From NCBI GenBank assembly GCA_030390025.1, contig CM059432.1, forward strand, positions 15,130,001-15,194,000: 64,000 nucleotides of DNA, read 5' to 3'. The DNA comes from Squalus acanthias (taxonomy: Eukaryota). Made by a program: the position numbers and the translations under genes. The notes below the pieces were generated by a model. The model had not been told where the DNA came from and ran no database searches. It saw only the letters and a list, made by a program, of their open reading frames with translations. Of the stretch, positions 24,563 to 39,234 are shown in pieces (within the stretch, counting starts at the first letter, position 1; each line of letters starts with the position of its first letter).

Positions 24563-26045
24563 GCGAGTAGTGTCAGACTAGGGGTGGAGACGTTCAGTGG
24601 AACATCACAGGAATCAACACTTCCACCCCTGTCGTCTCTAATCTACATAAATACCTGGATCCTGAAAGAAATTATACACTTGTCAAATGATAAAATAAGT
24701 AAAAATACTTCCACTTATATAGTATCATATCACCTCAAAGTACTTCACACATGATTTTGAAGTGGCAGTTGTCATGTAGGTAACGGTGTCAGCCATTCGA
24801 CACCAGTAACAGCCCACAGGCAGCCATGAAGTGAATGACCAGTTTTCTTCTGCTATCAGTTGAGATGGTAAAACACCAGGGGAATCCCAACTCTTCTTCA
24901 AATATTGCCATGAGATCTTTAATGCCCACCTGAACAACAGTATCAGACTAATAGGGACTCAATTTAACATCCAATCCAAAGGTCAACTCTTCCAACAATG
25001 ATGAAATTCCCCATAGGAAGATGCCAATAAAAAGCTTGGTGTGTACTGGGAGTGAGTACTGCCAAAGTTCGTATTCCCAGCCTGCAACTTTCCACATGTA
25101 TTTTAATGGATGGAAATCACAGGTCGGGGGTGCGCAGTTTTGCGATTTGCCCTCCTGGCATGCGCTGAGCATGGGCACGTGGTACTTTTTAAACCACTGA
25201 CTCGCAAAATTGTGTACTTAAAAAATAATCTCATGTAATACCTCAATTCACCAACTATTTGCACATTTCTACCAAGCTTTTATCTTGACTGTAATCAGAA
25301 GTGCCCCTGACTGCTCTATGTGCCAGATTTGGTTTTGCTGCCCACATGAAGAGAGGGGCACTTAATCTATGAAGGGACAAGTATGTGAACCAAGTGAATG
25401 AATGTAAATTTGTTCCACACAGTGGACCAATACATAAATTATCATGAGGAAAACTTGAGAAATATCCATGGAATAAAAATGTACTGAATAACAGCCAGCA
25501 CAGCTTTCAGAAAGAGAACATCCCACCTGAGTGGGTCATCTCAAGTGGCCGGTGGTGAACCTTACAATATGTTATAGCTGGATTTCCAAAAAAGCCTTTC
25601 ACAAAATGCTGCTTGAAGTGTTGTTACACAAGCACAAAGCAGTGGAAATTTTGGAAATGAATAAGTGATTGAGAAACTAACTGAAGGAAAGAAAGCATTG
25701 GGTGTCAGTTAAGGGAGTGAAATTGGAGTTGGGGGTATGTGGAGATTCCCCCATAGATCAGTGCAGGGACCTGTACTGTTCAAGTTACATCAATGGCATG
25801 GGCTCAGATTTTCCTCTTTGGCAGAAACCCAACATAAAGTTGATGTTACAGGTTTTTTTCTGCGAGCTCAACTTAGCCAGCGCAGCTCCTGGTGAATTTT
25901 CCAGGGTCAACCTGACTTCCAGCAGGATGCCAGCGTGCCCTGGGATGTCTGCCTCTTGGGAGGATGCGGAATGTAGCTGCTGCAGGCCACGGGCACGTGC
26001 AACGGCTGAAGCCGAGAGACGTTTATATTTAAAATTTTAAAAATT

Positions 26046-26492
26046 CAACAACAACAATAACTTGCATTTATATAGCGCCTTTATAATACAGTAAAATTCC
26101 CAAGGCGCTTCAAGGGAGCGATTATCAAACAGAATTTGACACCGAGCCACATAAGGAGATATTGGGACAGGCGAGCGAAAGCTTGGTCAAAGAGGTAGGC
26201 TTTAAGGAGCATCTTAAAAGGAGGAGAGAGAGGTAGAGAGGTGGAGGGGCTTAAGGAGGAAATTCCAGCGCTTCGGGCCTAGGCAGCTGAAGGCACGGCC
26301 ACCAATGATGGAGCAAAGAAAATAAGGGATGCGCAAGAGGCCAGAATTGGAGGAATGCAGAGAACTCGGAGGGTTGTAGGGCTGGAGGAGGTTGCAGAGA
26401 TAGGGAGGGGGCGAGGCCATGGAAGGAATTGAAGACAAAGATGAGAATTTTAAAATATAGGCGCGCCGGACCGGGAGCCAATGTAGGTCATG
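26046..26492 (-). mobile_element. L2 3' fragment
   Basis: DLHWLPV...PYLCNLLQPYNP...GGRAFSCLGPK; (GTT)n tail. Confidence 0.85.
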
Positions 26493-27426
26493 TAGGTTGC
26501 AGAAGTATATTCGACTATGATCGATTATACTGTCTGAGGGTAAGGCGGGGTTAAATTTGAAATCCCCTCCCACCCACCACGGCAGTATTGGATGCCAGTA
26601 ACAACACATGCCAAAAATACTAAGCATTTTTTCCTGTGATGTATCATGCTATTGGCTTCTTTCTTTCTGCCATGGCATGTCTGGGGTTAAAAACCAGTTT
26701 CACTCACAGAAAATGATCCAGTTTGTTACGCAAAGCCCTAGAACATAAAATTGGCCCAGATTATCCATTCAGGGTCCGCTGGCCCCTGGTGTAACTCGAG
26801 CGCAGTGCATCAGAAAGTTCTTCGCAAGCAGGTCCTCCGGGTCCCTGCTCAACCTCGCCACGTCTGGAATCTTCCATCAGAAATCATGTCGGGCATAAAA
26901 CAGGTCTGCTCGAGCGTGGGTGGGCACATTATAATTACAGGAAAATGATACAAATAGATCATAAGTCACATTTCCATGTCATTGCGCTTAGAGTCTCTGG
27001 CATCCAGTGTGTTGCTAAGCACAATGACTGGGGGGGTATTTACATTTTTAAATTCTCCCCCCCTAAAAAAGCATCGTATTGATCATGAGGTGATTGATTA
27101 ATCACCCAGCCCTGTCGAAATTTAAACAAATAACTCCGTCCTTCTTCAGCTGCCCCAGAGGCCGCTGGTCACACTACAATAGCCACAGTCATTTTCCATT
27201 TGCTCCTGGGCAGGACCCCAGGCAAAACTGGGGAGTGCACCGAAATGATTTAAAAGACCCTGACCCCTAAACTTGGCCAGGGTCAAGGTCGCATCCATGC
27301 AGCAAGCTCAAGTCCTGCTTTGCCACACTTCAAACAGAAGATCTAATCTATGTTTGATCCACTATCTGATGGACGGGGCACAGCTCTTCAATTCAAATAC
27401 AAACATCGAGTCAGTTTTGTCAGCAT

Positions 27427-30145
27427 ATAGAATCATAGAATGGTTACAGCACAGAAGGAGGCGATTCGGCCTGTCGAGCCCATGCCGGCTCTCTGCAAGA
27501 GCACTTCAGCTAGTCCCACTCCCCCGCCCTTTCTCCATAGTCCTGCAAAAAAAATTTCCTTCAGGTACTTTTTCAATTCCCTTTTGAAAGCCAAGATTGA
27601 ATTTGCCTCCACCATCCTTTCAGGCAGTGCATTCCAGATCCTAACCACTCGCTGCGTAAAAAAGATTTTCCTCATGTCTGCCAATCACCTTAAATCTGTG
27701 TCCTCTGGTTCTCGACCCTTCTGCCAATGGGAACAGTTTCTCTCTATCTACTCTGTCTAGACCCCTCCTGATTTTGAACACCTCTATCAAATCTCCTCTC
27801 AACCTTCTCTGCTCCAAGGAGAACAACCCCAGCTTATATAGTCTATCTACGTAACTGAAGTCCCTCATCCCTAGAACCATTCTTGTAAATCTTTTCTGCA
27901 CCCTCTCTAAGGCCTTCACATCCTTCCGAAAGTGCGGTGTCCAAAATTGGACACAATACTCCAGTTGAGGCCGAACCAGTGTTTTATAAAGGTTCATCAT
28001 AACTTCCTTGTTTTTGTACTTTTTTAAAATTCGTTTATGGGATGTGGGCGTCGCTGACAAGGCCAGCATTTATTGCCCATCACTAATTGCCCTTGAGAAG
28101 GTGGTGGTGAGCTGCCTTCTTGAACCGCTGCAGTCCGTGTGGTGATGATATTCCCACAGTGCTGTTAGGTAGGGAGTTTCAGGATTTTGACCCAGCGACG
28201 ATGAAGGATCGGCGATATACTTCTAAGTCAGGATGGTGTGTGACTTGGAGGGGAACTTGGAGGTGGTGGTGTTCCCATGCGCCTGCTGCCTTTGTCCTTC
28301 TAGGTGGAAGAGGTCGCGGGTTTGGGAGGTGCTGCCGAAGAAGCCTTGGTGAGTTGCTGCAGTGCATCTTGTAAATGGTACACACTGCAGCCACGGTATG
28401 CCGATGGTGGAGGGAGTGAATGTTTAAGGTGGTGGATGGGGTGCCAATCAAGCGGGCTGCTTTGTCCTGGATGGTGTCGAGCTTCTTGAGTGTTGTTAGA
28501 GCTGCATTCATCCAGGCAAGTGGAGAGTATTCCATCACACTCCTTACATGTGTCTTGTAGATGGTAGAAAGGCTTTGGGGAGTCAGGTGGTGAGACAGTC
28601 GCCACAGAATACCTAGCCTCTGACCTGCTCTTGTTAAGTTTCTGGTCAATGGTTACACCCAGGATGTTGATGGTGGGGGATTCGGTGATGGTAATGCCAT
28701 TGAATGTCAAGAGGCGGTGGTTAGACTCTCAAATGTTGGAGATAATCATTGCCTGGCACTTCTGTGGCGCGAATGTTACCTGCCACATATCAGCCCAAGC
28801 CTGAACGTCGTCCAGGTCTTGTTGCATACAGGCATGGACTGCTTCATTATCTATGTTTCTATTTATGAAGCCCAGGATCCCGTATGCTTTTTTAGCCACT
28901 TTCTCAACCTGCCCTGCCACCTTCAACGATTTGTGCACATATATCCCCAGGTCTCTCTGTTCATGCACCCCCTTTGTAAATGTACCCTTTAGATTATAGT
29001 GCCTCTCCTCGTTCTTCCTACCAAAATGTATCACTTCACACTTTTCTGCGTTAAATTGCATCTGCCACGTGTCCGCCCATTCCACCAGCCTGTCTATGTC
29101 TTCTTGAAGTCTACCCCTATTCTCCTCAACGTTCACTATACTTCCAAGCTTTGTGTCATCTTCAAATTTTGAAATTGTGCCCTGTACACCGAAGTCTAAG
29201 TCATTAATATATATCAAGAAAAGCAGTGGTCCTACTACCGACCCCCGGGGAACACCACAGTGTACCTTCCTCCAGTCCGAAAAACAACCGTTCACCACTA
29301 CTCTCTGTTACCTGTCACTTATCCAGTTTCGTATCCATGCTGCCGCTGTCCCCTTTATTCCATGGGCTTCAACTTTGCTGGCAAGCCTATTATGTGCTAC
29401 TTTATCAAACGCCTTTTGGAAATCCACGTACACCACATCAACCGCATTGCCCTCATCAACCCTCTCTGTTAACTCATCAAAAAACTCAATCAAGTTAGTT
29501 AAACACGATTTGCCTTTAACTGCTGGCTTTCCTTAATTAATCTACACTTGTCCAAGTGACTGTTAATTTTGTACCGGATTATTGTTTCTAAAAGCTTCCC
29601 CACTTCCGAGGTTAAACTAACTGGCCTGTAGGTGCTGGGTTTATCTTTACACCCTTTTTTGAACAATGGTGTAATATTTACAATTCTCCAGTCCTCTGGC
29701 ACCACCCCCATATCCAAGGAGGTTTAGAAGATTATGGCCAGTACCTCCGCAATTTCCACCTTTACTTCCCTCAGCATCCTAGGATGCATCCCATCTGGCC
29801 CTGGTGACTTATCTACTTTAAGTACAACCAGCCTTTCTAGTACCTCCTCTTTTAATCAATTTTTATCCCATCCAGTATCTCCACCATCTCCTCTTCCACT
29901 ATGACTTCGGCAGCATCTTCTACCTTGGTGAAGACAGATGCAAAATACTCATTTAGTACCTCAGCCATGCCCTCTGCCTCCATGCGTAGGTCTCCATTTT
30001 GGTCCCTAAATGGACCCACCCCTCCTCTTACTACCCGTTTACTACTTATATGCCTACAGAAGACTTTTGGATTCCCTTTTATGTTAGCTGCCAATCTATT
30101 CTCAGACTCTCTTTTTGCCCCTCATTTCTTTTTTCACTTCCTCTA
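27427..30145 (-). mobile_element. 5'-truncated CR1 family-A LINE (RT region), interrupted by a family-B insertion
   Basis: ORF-track peptides [44 protein letters not shown]; (ATTCTATG)n tail. Confidence 0.92.
28021..28850 (-). mobile_element. CR1 family-B 3' fragment nested in the family-A copy
   Basis: Homologous to about 20410-21243; splits the host sequence at gtact|ctatg. Confidence 0.9.
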
Positions 30146-30480
30146 TATGCTTGGTAGTTATTTTTAATTTAAGAGCTATATATTTAAATTTTCTTCGTCA
30201 GGTCAAATTTTGAAAATTATTTCCCAGCCTGCCTTGTTCAAATTGGGTAGTCCAGCTGAAGCAATCAAACAGACAAAGGCCAGAGTGACTCCATGTATGG
30301 TCAGCACCAAACCATTATTTGAAGCTTAATATTCAGAGACTTTGCGTCCAGTCCAATTTACTTTGCAGATTAATTTCCAAGGAAGAATAATTCATCTTAT
30401 AACCACTGTAAATCTATTGTATCATTGCTTCTGTGCACTTAGCCACTTATTATTTAATATGTAAAGTCTTGTGTAGTCAG

Positions 30481-31103
30481 AGAAACATAGAAAAATAGGA
30501 GCAGGAGTAGGTCATTCGGCCCTTCGAGCCTGCTCCGCCATTCAATATGATCATGGCTGATCCTCTATCTCAATACCATATTCCCACTCTCTCCGCATAC
30601 CCCTTGACGCCTTTTGCGTCTAGAAATCTATCTATCTCCTTCTTAAATATATTCAGTGACTTGGCCTCCACAGCCTTCTGTGGTAGAGAATTCCATAGGT
30701 TCACCACCCTCTGTGTGAAGAAATTTCTCCTCATCTCAGTCCTAAATGTCCTACCCCGTATCCTGAGACTGTGACCCTCGTTCTAGAGACCCCAGCCAGG
30801 GGAAACATCCTCCCTGCATCCATTCTGTCTAGCCCTGTCAGAATTTTATACATTTCAATGAGATCCCCTCTCATTCTTCTAAACTCTAGTGAATACAGGC
30901 CTAGTCGACCCAATCTCTCCTCATACGACAGTCCTGCCATCCCAGGAATCAGTCTGGTGAACCTTCGCTGCACTCCCTCTATGGCAAGTATATCCTTTCT
31001 TAGGTAAGGAGACCAAAACTGCACACAGTACTCCAGGTGTGGTCTCACCAAGGCCCTGTATAACTGTACTAAGACATCCTTGCTCCTGTACTCAAATCCT
31101 CTT
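30481..31103 (-). mobile_element. CR1 family-D 3' fragment
   Basis: [24 protein letters not shown]...; (TTTCTATG)n tail. Confidence 0.9.
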
Positions 31104-32277
31104 GAAGTATTTTTAAGATGTTGTAAGTTGAAGGAGTACATACACTATAACAAACCTACAGCCTAGCTTGGGCAAATGATCATGTTTGTGTTATAATAAT
31201 TTGATTCATGAAGCCCTTGGAAGACATGAGTGCAGTAAGGCTTTCAATTGTAAGTTAAATGTGTGATCTGTTGAGATATGGGTATGCATAAGACACAATG
31301 AAAGAGATGCAAGAGCTTGGGCATGGCTGAACGGAAACTGCGGAGCAAGCCTACAGCAAGACTTTGTGGCATGCAATCTTGGGCCAACTACCTCAGGGGT
31401 GTCCAAGCTTTTGTCTTTGTGGGTCATAGCGATGCATATTATGGAGCCTTAGAGGTAACAGTTTAAATTCATGTTTCTATTAAATTAACTAATCCATATT
31501 GATATTTACCCACCATGGGGCAATGGTGTAAAAACACCCCTTTCCAAACCTTTAGATAAACCAGTAAACAAGAAACATAAGCGCAAAAAGGACCCGAGTG
31601 GCTCGTGTCTTTAGGTCTAAATTGCCAAGGTTCCAGGTTGAACACCCTGATCTACCTAGTGGATGTTACTGTTTGGTGGTCCTACATTGCCAGCTTTCTT
31701 AATGTGTGCCATCTTCTTCTACAATCTCTCCCCAGGTCCTGGAACATTAAGCCTGGTTTCCACTTCCTGACAGATGTGGTTCATTGGCAACCGTTGGAAA
31801 GAGTGTCAAGTTAGGGCAATGCTCCTTGCTCAGCAACATTTCCATTTCACCAGCCATCAAAACAGGAGTTGGGTACTGCACCACTTGCCCAGAAACTCTT
31901 TACCTGGCCTCTACATTGGGGTTGTCTCACTTTGCTTTTGGCCCATCATTTCTTCAACCACCCACCCCTCCGCCCACCACTCCCACTCCAATACAGCCTT
32001 GCAAAACTGTTGTAAAAACATTTTGAACATTTATAATTTTTATTCCACATTTGGTCACACACCTTTAAATGACCAAAATCCCTTTAAGTTTAAGCTGCAG
32101 CTCTTGAAGTCCTGATGCTTGCAAGGTTGCGTATATTCCCTCTCCCACCTCCAAATTAGGTGGGCTTCATGGGCAAGGCACAGCCCTTGCGGGAAGCTTA
32201 AATCATTATTTCAATGAGCTGATCCCAGAAACTTGCCAGGAGACAGCTCTTAAAAAAAAAAGGGGGGCGGGGGGGGA

Positions 32278-32500
32278 AACTGCAGATGCTGGAATTCTGA
32301 AACAAAAACAGAAAATGCTGCAAAACACTCAGCAGGTCAGTCGGCACCTCTGGAGAGAGCAGGACAAGTTGACATTTCAGGAGTGGACCCTTTGTCAGAC
32401 GTGAAGAATGGCTTACACCGGAACCTTCAACTTGCCTATTCTCCCCACAGATGCTTATTAACCCTCGGATTGTTGACGGTGCTTTCTGCTTTGTTTCAGT
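32278..32500. mobile_element. Two Penelope-like 3' ends in inverted arrangement, degraded
   Basis: tgcagatgctggaa...gaaaatgctg...ttgacatttcagg...ctttgtcaga (reverse copy), then caacttgcctattctccccacagatgct (forward copy). Confidence 0.55.
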
Positions 32501-32954
32501 AATCAGCTCAAATGTACTTTGGGTGAGCTGTGCACTTGCTATGCAGGGGTTTTGCCATTACCAGTGAACCCTGTGGAGATTCTGGTCCTATGCAGTAGAG
32601 GTGCCGACTTTTTATAACTATACTCTGCCTGAAGCTTTCCTTTGAAAGGACATATTTCAGCAGATTCTGCAGCCTGACCACTACGGCTTCATTTTCAACA
32701 GCCGAACGGAAACAAAGATTTTACTCATCAATAATCACACTGCTACTGGCGCTGTTTCAGTTGCAAAGTTTAACAAGTACAAGTGGACAGAAAAAACGGG
32801 AGAACTAGAATCAGGTTCAACACAGGTGACCCCTCACTTCTGCCAATGAAAATGGTTGAAATAAATAGTCAGTAATCTTACACAGGTGGTTACTGCAATT
32901 CAGAATGTCACTGTGCTCTCTTTCCCCCTTACCCAAAATAATAAAGAAAGAAGA

Positions 32955-33405
32955 GGTTGAGGGACTTCAGTTATGTGGAGAGGTGGAGAAGCTGGGATTT
33001 TTCTCCATAGAGCAGATGGTTAAGGGGAGACCTAATAGAGGTAGTCAAAATTATAAGGGGTTTTTGACAGAGCAAGTAGGGAGAAATTGTTTCCTCTGGT
33101 AAGTGGGTCAGTAACCAGAGGTCATTGATTTAAAATAATTGGCAAAACAACTAGAAGGGAAATGAGGAGAAATCTTTACACCCAGAGGGTTGTTAAGCTC
33201 TGAAATGCACTACCTGAAAGTGCAGTGGAATCAGATTCCATAGAAACTTTCAAAAGGCAATTGGACATGCTCCTGAAGAGGACTCATTTTCAGGATTATG
33301 GCTGGAGTGTGGGACTAAATTCGATAGCTCTTTCAAAGAGCCGGCACAGGCACGATGGGCTGAATGACCTCCATCTGTGCTGTAAGATTCTATTATTCTA
33401 TGATT
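32955..33405 (+). mobile_element. CR1 LINE 3' fragment, degraded
   Basis: EKLGFFSIEQ...cccagagggttgtt...gatgggctgaatgacctcc...attctattattctatga. Confidence 0.8.
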
Positions 33406-34682
33406 GCATAAAGAGCTGTTGGCTTGAGCTGAGCTGTGTTTTCTCTGTGCTGTCAAACCCGAGATATGACCTCCAGGCAGAGATAGCTATGTCTGTTGGA
33501 AATTGGCAGCTGCTTCTGCATATGGATTGAAAATTAACAACATTCTTGGCATCCAGGCCAACCTGTCACCACATTCTGGTCGTCACAGCCAGTGATAATC
33601 CTGACATGCTAGCTGTCAGTGAAATTATTCTTAATGACCCAGGTAGTGAACGAGGGTGAATCCATCACTAGCTTTGGTGGGCCAAAGCACAGATGTTGGC
33701 ACGGTGGCCCTATATTCTAAGGGCAGGCTTCAATCTCCTTCGCACAAGACTTGCAATCAAGCACTTTCAAGTCCTTTAGATTGGTGCTCATCAAAGAGAT
33801 GGGCGAAAAGACCTGAAGACTTACTTTTTTCTCCTGGGTTCAGACCATTTCCCAATATAGACCCACAAGGTGTTCCTCGCACTTGTGTTGAAGTGGCCGA
33901 CACGCCTGCTTTCACTGGGTGCACTGGCCACCAACGATGCGCCAGGCCTCGGAGAGCCAGGGACACAGGAACTCCCAATGTTGGGACATTGCACCCACTT
34001 CTACACCGCTAGACTTGTAGCAAGCAGGCAGAGGATCATCCTGCCCCCACCCCCGCAAGGCCCGAGGGAATCTCTGGGATACACGGATCTGAACCTAATT
34101 TAAGATTTACATCAAGAGTGCAAGAGAAGGGCTATCGATTTTTTGGCCCCATTGCATTAAACATCACTTGCATTGAAATCCTAGACCAGCCCAAACCAAA
34201 CAATCCCACAAAATGGACAGTACATACCCAAGGGTGCTAAGTGAGACTAAAATCGATAAAGTACTGATAGTCATCATGCAGGAGTCAGTGAATACAGGCA
34301 AGGTCCCACTGGACTGGAAACAAGCCATCATGATACCTATTTTCAAAAATGGCAAATAAAATACCAAGTAACTCCAGACCCATTAATATTACATCAATAA
34401 ATGGCAAATAATAGAATTGATCCGTAGCAACAAACTTGAGGATTACCTACATAAAAAATAACCTAATAAATGGCAGTTAACAAAGTTTCAGAAGGGGGGG
34501 AGACTCCTGTCTGACCACCTCCTTGACTGTTTTTAGAAAGTTACATCTTAAGTGCATAGGAAAGCCGTATGATGTAGTGTACCCGGACTTCCAGAAAGTG
34601 TCTGGTAAAGTTCCTCAAACCTTACGGTAGTAGATATCATAATAAAGTTGACTAAGAAAGGAAACAGTGGATATTACTTAGA

Positions 34683-37600
34683 GTCATAGAATGGTTACAG
34701 CACGGAAGAAGGCCATTCAGCCCGTCGAGCCCGTGCCACCTCTCAGCTAGTCCCGCTCCCCCGCCCTTTCCCCGTAGCCGTGCAAATTTTTTCCTTCAGA
34801 TACTTATCCAACTCCCTTTTGAAAGATAAGATTGAGTCTGCCTCCACCACCCTTTCAGGCAGTGATTCCAGATCCTAACCACTCGCTGCGTAAAAAAGTT
34901 TTTTCTTACGTCGCCTTTGGTTCTTCTGCCACTCACCTTAAATCTGTGTCCTCTGGTTCTCGACCCTTCTGCCAAAGGGAACAGTTTCTCTCTATCTACT
35001 CTGTCCAGGCCCCTCATGATTTTGAACACCTCTATCAAATCTCCTCTCAATCTTCTCTGCTCCAAGGAGAACAACCTCAGCTTCTCCAGTCTATCAACGT
35101 AACCGAAGTCCCTCATTCCTGGAATCATTCTCGTAAGTCTTTTCTGCACCCCCTCTAAGGCCTTCACATCCTTCCTAAAGTGTGGTGCCCAGAATTGGAC
35201 ACAGTACTCCAGTTGGGGCCGAACCAGTGTTTTATACAGGTTCATCATAATTTCCACACTTTTGTACTCTGTACCTCTATTTATGAAGCCCAGGATCCCG
35301 TAAGCCTTTTTAACTGCTTTCTCAACCTGCCCTGCCACCTTCAACGATTTGTGCACATATACCCCTAGGTCTCTCTGTTCGTGCACCCCCTTCAGGATTG
35401 TACCATTTAGTTTACATATCCTCTCCTCATTCTTTCTACCAAAATGTATCACTTTGTACTTTTCTGTGTTAAATTTCATCTGCCACGTGTCCGCCCATTT
35501 AACCAGCCTGTCTATGTCTTCCTGAAGTCTATCACTCTCCTCCTCACTGTTCACTATACTTCCACGTTTTGTGTCATCTGCAAATTTTGAAATTGTGCCC
35601 TGTACACCCACGTCCAAGTCAATATATATCAAGAAAAGCAGTGGTCCTAGAACAGACCCCTGGGGAACACCACTGTATACCTTCCTCCAGTCCGAAAAAC
35701 AACCGTTCACCACTACTCTCTGTTTCCTGTCACTTAGCCGTGCTGCCACTGTCCCTTTTATTCCATGGGCTTCAACTTTGCTGGCAAGCCTATTATGTGG
35801 CACTTTGTCGAACACCTTTTGGAAATCCATGAACACTACGTCAACTGCATTACCCTCATCAACCCTCTCTGTTACCTCATCAAAAAACTCGATCAATTTG
35901 GTTAAACACGATTTGCCGTTAACAAATCCATGCTGGCTTTCCTTAATTAATCCACACCTATCCAAGTGACTGTTAATTTTGTCCCTGATTACTGTTTCTA
36001 AAAGCTTCCCCACTATCGAGGTCAAACTGACTGGTCTGTAGTTGCTGGGTTTATCTTTACACCCTTTTTTGAACAAGGGTGTAACATTTTCAATTCCCCA
36101 GTCCTCTGGCACCACCCCTGTATCTGTGGAGGATTGGAAGATTATGGCCAGTACCTCCGCGATTTGTGCCTTCAATTCCCTCAGCATCCTAGGATACATC
36201 CCATCTGCTCCTGGTGACTTATCTACTTTAAGTACAGCCAGCCTTTCTAATACCTCTTCTTTATCAATTTGTATCCTATCAAGTGTCTCCACTACCACCT
36301 TCTTCACTTGGTGAAGACAGATGCAAAGTACTCATTTAGTACCTCAGCCATACCCTCTGCCTCCATGCACAGGTCTCCTTTTTGGTCCATAATCGGCCCC
36401 ACCCCTCCTCTTACTACCCATTTACTATTTATATGCCTGTAGAAGACTTTTGGATTACCTTTTATGTTGGCTGCCATTCTATTCTCATACCCTCTCTTTG
36501 CCCCTCTTATTTTCTTTTTCACTTCTCCTCTGACCTTTCTATATATAGCCTGATTCTCAGATGTATTTGCAACCTGACATCTGTCTTACGCGCTCTTTTT
36601 CTGTTTCATCTTACTCTCTATCTCTTTCGTCATCCAGGGAGCCCTGCCTTTCCCCCTAATGGGAATGTACCTCAACTGTACTTGAACTATTTCCTCTTTA
36701 AAGGCAGCCCATTGTTCCATTACAGTTTTGCCTGCCAATCTTTGATTCCAGTTTACCCGGACCAGATCCGTTCTCATTCCACTGAAATTGGCCTTCCCCC
36801 AGTTAAACATTTTTACTCTAGATTGCTCCCTGTCCTTTTCCTTAGCTAATCTAAACCTTATGATACGATAATCACTGTTCCCTAAATGTTCACCTACAGA
36901 CACTTGCTCCACTTGACCTACCTCATTCCCCAGAACCAGATTCAGCAATGCCTCCTCCCTCATCGGGCCGGAAACATACTGATCAAGAAAGTTCTCCTGA
37001 ACACACTTCAGAAATTCTTCCCCTTCTCTGCCCTTTACACTATTACTATCCCAGTCTATATTAGGATAGTTGAAGTTCCCCATTATCACTACTCTATAGT
37101 TCTTGCACCTCCCTGTAATTTCCCTGCAAATTTGCTCCTCTATATCCTTCCCACTAGTTGGCGGCCTATAGAATACACCTAGTAGTGTAATGGCACCTCT
37201 ATTGTTTCTTAACTCTAACCAAATAGATTCTGTCCTTGACCCCTCCAGGACATCCTCCCTCTCCAGCACTGTAACATTCTCCTTGACCAATACTGCCACA
37301 CCATCTTCTATCTTTCTTTCCCTATCTTTCCTGAACACTTTATAACCAGGAATATTTAATACCCAATCCTGCCCTTTTTTGAGCCAGGTCTCAGTTATTG
37401 CCACATCATTTTCCCATGTGGTTATTTGTGCCTGCAGCTCACTTTCCTTGTTACTACACTTTGTGCGTTCACATACATACACTGTAAACCTATCTTAGAC
37501 CATCCTGTGTTTTCTCTTAGTTTGACCCCACCTAATACCTTACTATTTCTTGCTTTACTGCTCTCTGCCTCTCCCAATCCTTTGAGCACTTTATTTCCCC

Positions 37601-37950
37601 TTTCTCATGTTACATCCTGGTGCCCAACCCCCTGCCAAATTAGTTTAAACCCTCCCCAACAGCACTAGCAAATCTCCCCACGAGGGTATTGGTTCCGGCC
37701 CTGTTGAGATGCAACCCGTCCGGCCTGTACAGGTCCCACCTCCCCCAGAACCGGTCCCAATACCCCAGGAATTTGAAGCCCTCCCTCCTGCATCATCTCT
37801 CCAGCCACACATTCATCTACTCTATCCTCCTATTTCTATACTCACTTGCGTTTGGCACCGGGAGTAATCCGGAGATTACTACCTTTGAGGTCCTGCTTTT
37901 TAACCTCTTTCATAGCTCCCTAAAATCTGCCTGCAAGACCTCATCCCTTA
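34683..37950 (-). mobile_element. CR1 family-A LINE with ORF1 C-terminus (SGNH esterase) and ORF2 (endonuclease plus RT); defective
   Basis: 37690-37910 gives VVISGLLPVP...MNVWL...WDRFWGRWDLYRPDGLHLNRAGTN (esterase DxxH, with stops). ORF 36586-37482 is the endonuclease (AITETWL, GVFYRPP). ORF 34796-36307 is a 503-aa RT (YRPVSLTS, GVPQGSVLGP, FADD) with small deletions. (ATTCTATG) tail. Confidence 0.95.
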
Positions 37951-38179
37951 CTTAGGGCAGTTGTGTTGGGCTGGAGAGATGTACTGAGTGGAGCGCTCAA
38001 GGGATCTGTTCTTAATCTACATAAATCACCTGAATTCAGAAAAGCATAAGTAAGTTGGTCAAATTTTCAAATAATACTAAATTAAGAGGGGAGTGGGGGT
38101 TGGAGGGGACTAGACTCTGATGAAGCAGCCAAGCTACTGAAGGACCTAGACAAAATTGGCAAGTGGGCAAAACTTTAGT

Positions 38180-38482
38180 ACATAAGAGCATAAGAATTTG
38201 GAGCAGCAGGCCATACGGCCCCTCGAGCCTGCTCCGCCATTCAGTAAGATCATGGCTGATCTTTGACCTCAACTCCACTTTCCTGCACTATCCCCATATC
38301 CCTTGATTCTCCTAAAGTCCAAAAATCTATCGATCTCTGTCTTGAATATACTCAACAACTGAGCATCGACAGCCCTCTGGGGTAGAGAATTCCAAAGATT
38401 CACAACCCTTTGAGTGAAGAAATTCCTCCTCATGTCAGTCCTAAATGGCCGACCCCTTATCCTGAGACTGTGCCCCCTGTTC
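38180..38482 (-). mobile_element. CR1 family-D 3' fragment
   Basis: [33 protein letters not shown]; (TTCTTATG)-type tail. Confidence 0.85.
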
Positions 38483-38594
38483 TGGTTTGTGTCGATGTGG
38501 ACTCGTCGGTTTGCACGGAAAAAGTGCAAAGGCAACTCTGGATGAGAAAAAATATGGCTTTCTCGTTGTTGCTCGCATCCCCAGAACAATTATA

Positions 38595-39089
38595 CAGGAA
38601 ACTCTTGTTTATCCGGCACCCAAATATCCGGAATTCTCGCTTAACCGGCAAAAATCATTCTCCGAAAACTCCTCTCAAATAACCGGCAATGTTGCCGATC
38701 CCGAGTCCGCGAACGCCAATTTAGTCAGTGGGGGTAGTTTTCAAAAGTGCCACTACTCGGCCTCCTGGCGCTGTCGGAAGTCCGAACACTGCAATAACAG
38801 GAGTCTGATTCTCCCGCGCTGCCGGGAGTCTCACTTACTGTTAAGTAATTAAAGAGTTATGGATTACTCTCAACTGGCAGTACTGTACTTAATCAAGCAT
38901 CTTCCACCATCCATTTAACACAACATTCTGTAGGTGAGTACCCAAATACTGTATACTGCACATTTCTTGATTTTTTTATTTTTCTTTGTTAAAAATAGCC
39001 TCGGTAGATATAACTCTCTGTTATCCGGAACTTTCGATCAACCAGCACCACGCCGGTCAAGTCAGTGCCGGATACCAAAGAGTTTCCTG
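38595..39089. mobile_element. pogo/Tigger-type MITE, 495 bp; same ends as 6708-7064
   Basis: TA|CAGGAAACTCTTgtttatccggcac ... gtgccggataccAAAGAGTTTCCTG|TA. Confidence 0.88.
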
Positions 39090-39234
39090 TATTTAAAAAT
39101 GAAAAAAAAATAGAGGAACAATCCATGGTCTCACACTAGCTTTGGGAAGAGTCTGTATGAGATCTGAGAGTAATTGCAGACTCAACACCTTCCCTGTCCA
39201 CTCATTGCAGAGCAGCACACCCAACAGAGCAAAT

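Noticed and set aside
34796..36307. 503-aa RT ORF as an active or domesticated gene
   Set aside because: Ordinary CR1 ORF2 fragment. It is separated from the endonuclease by frameshifts, has small deletions in conserved stretches (YIDLD, AARLSD), and ORF1 has stops.
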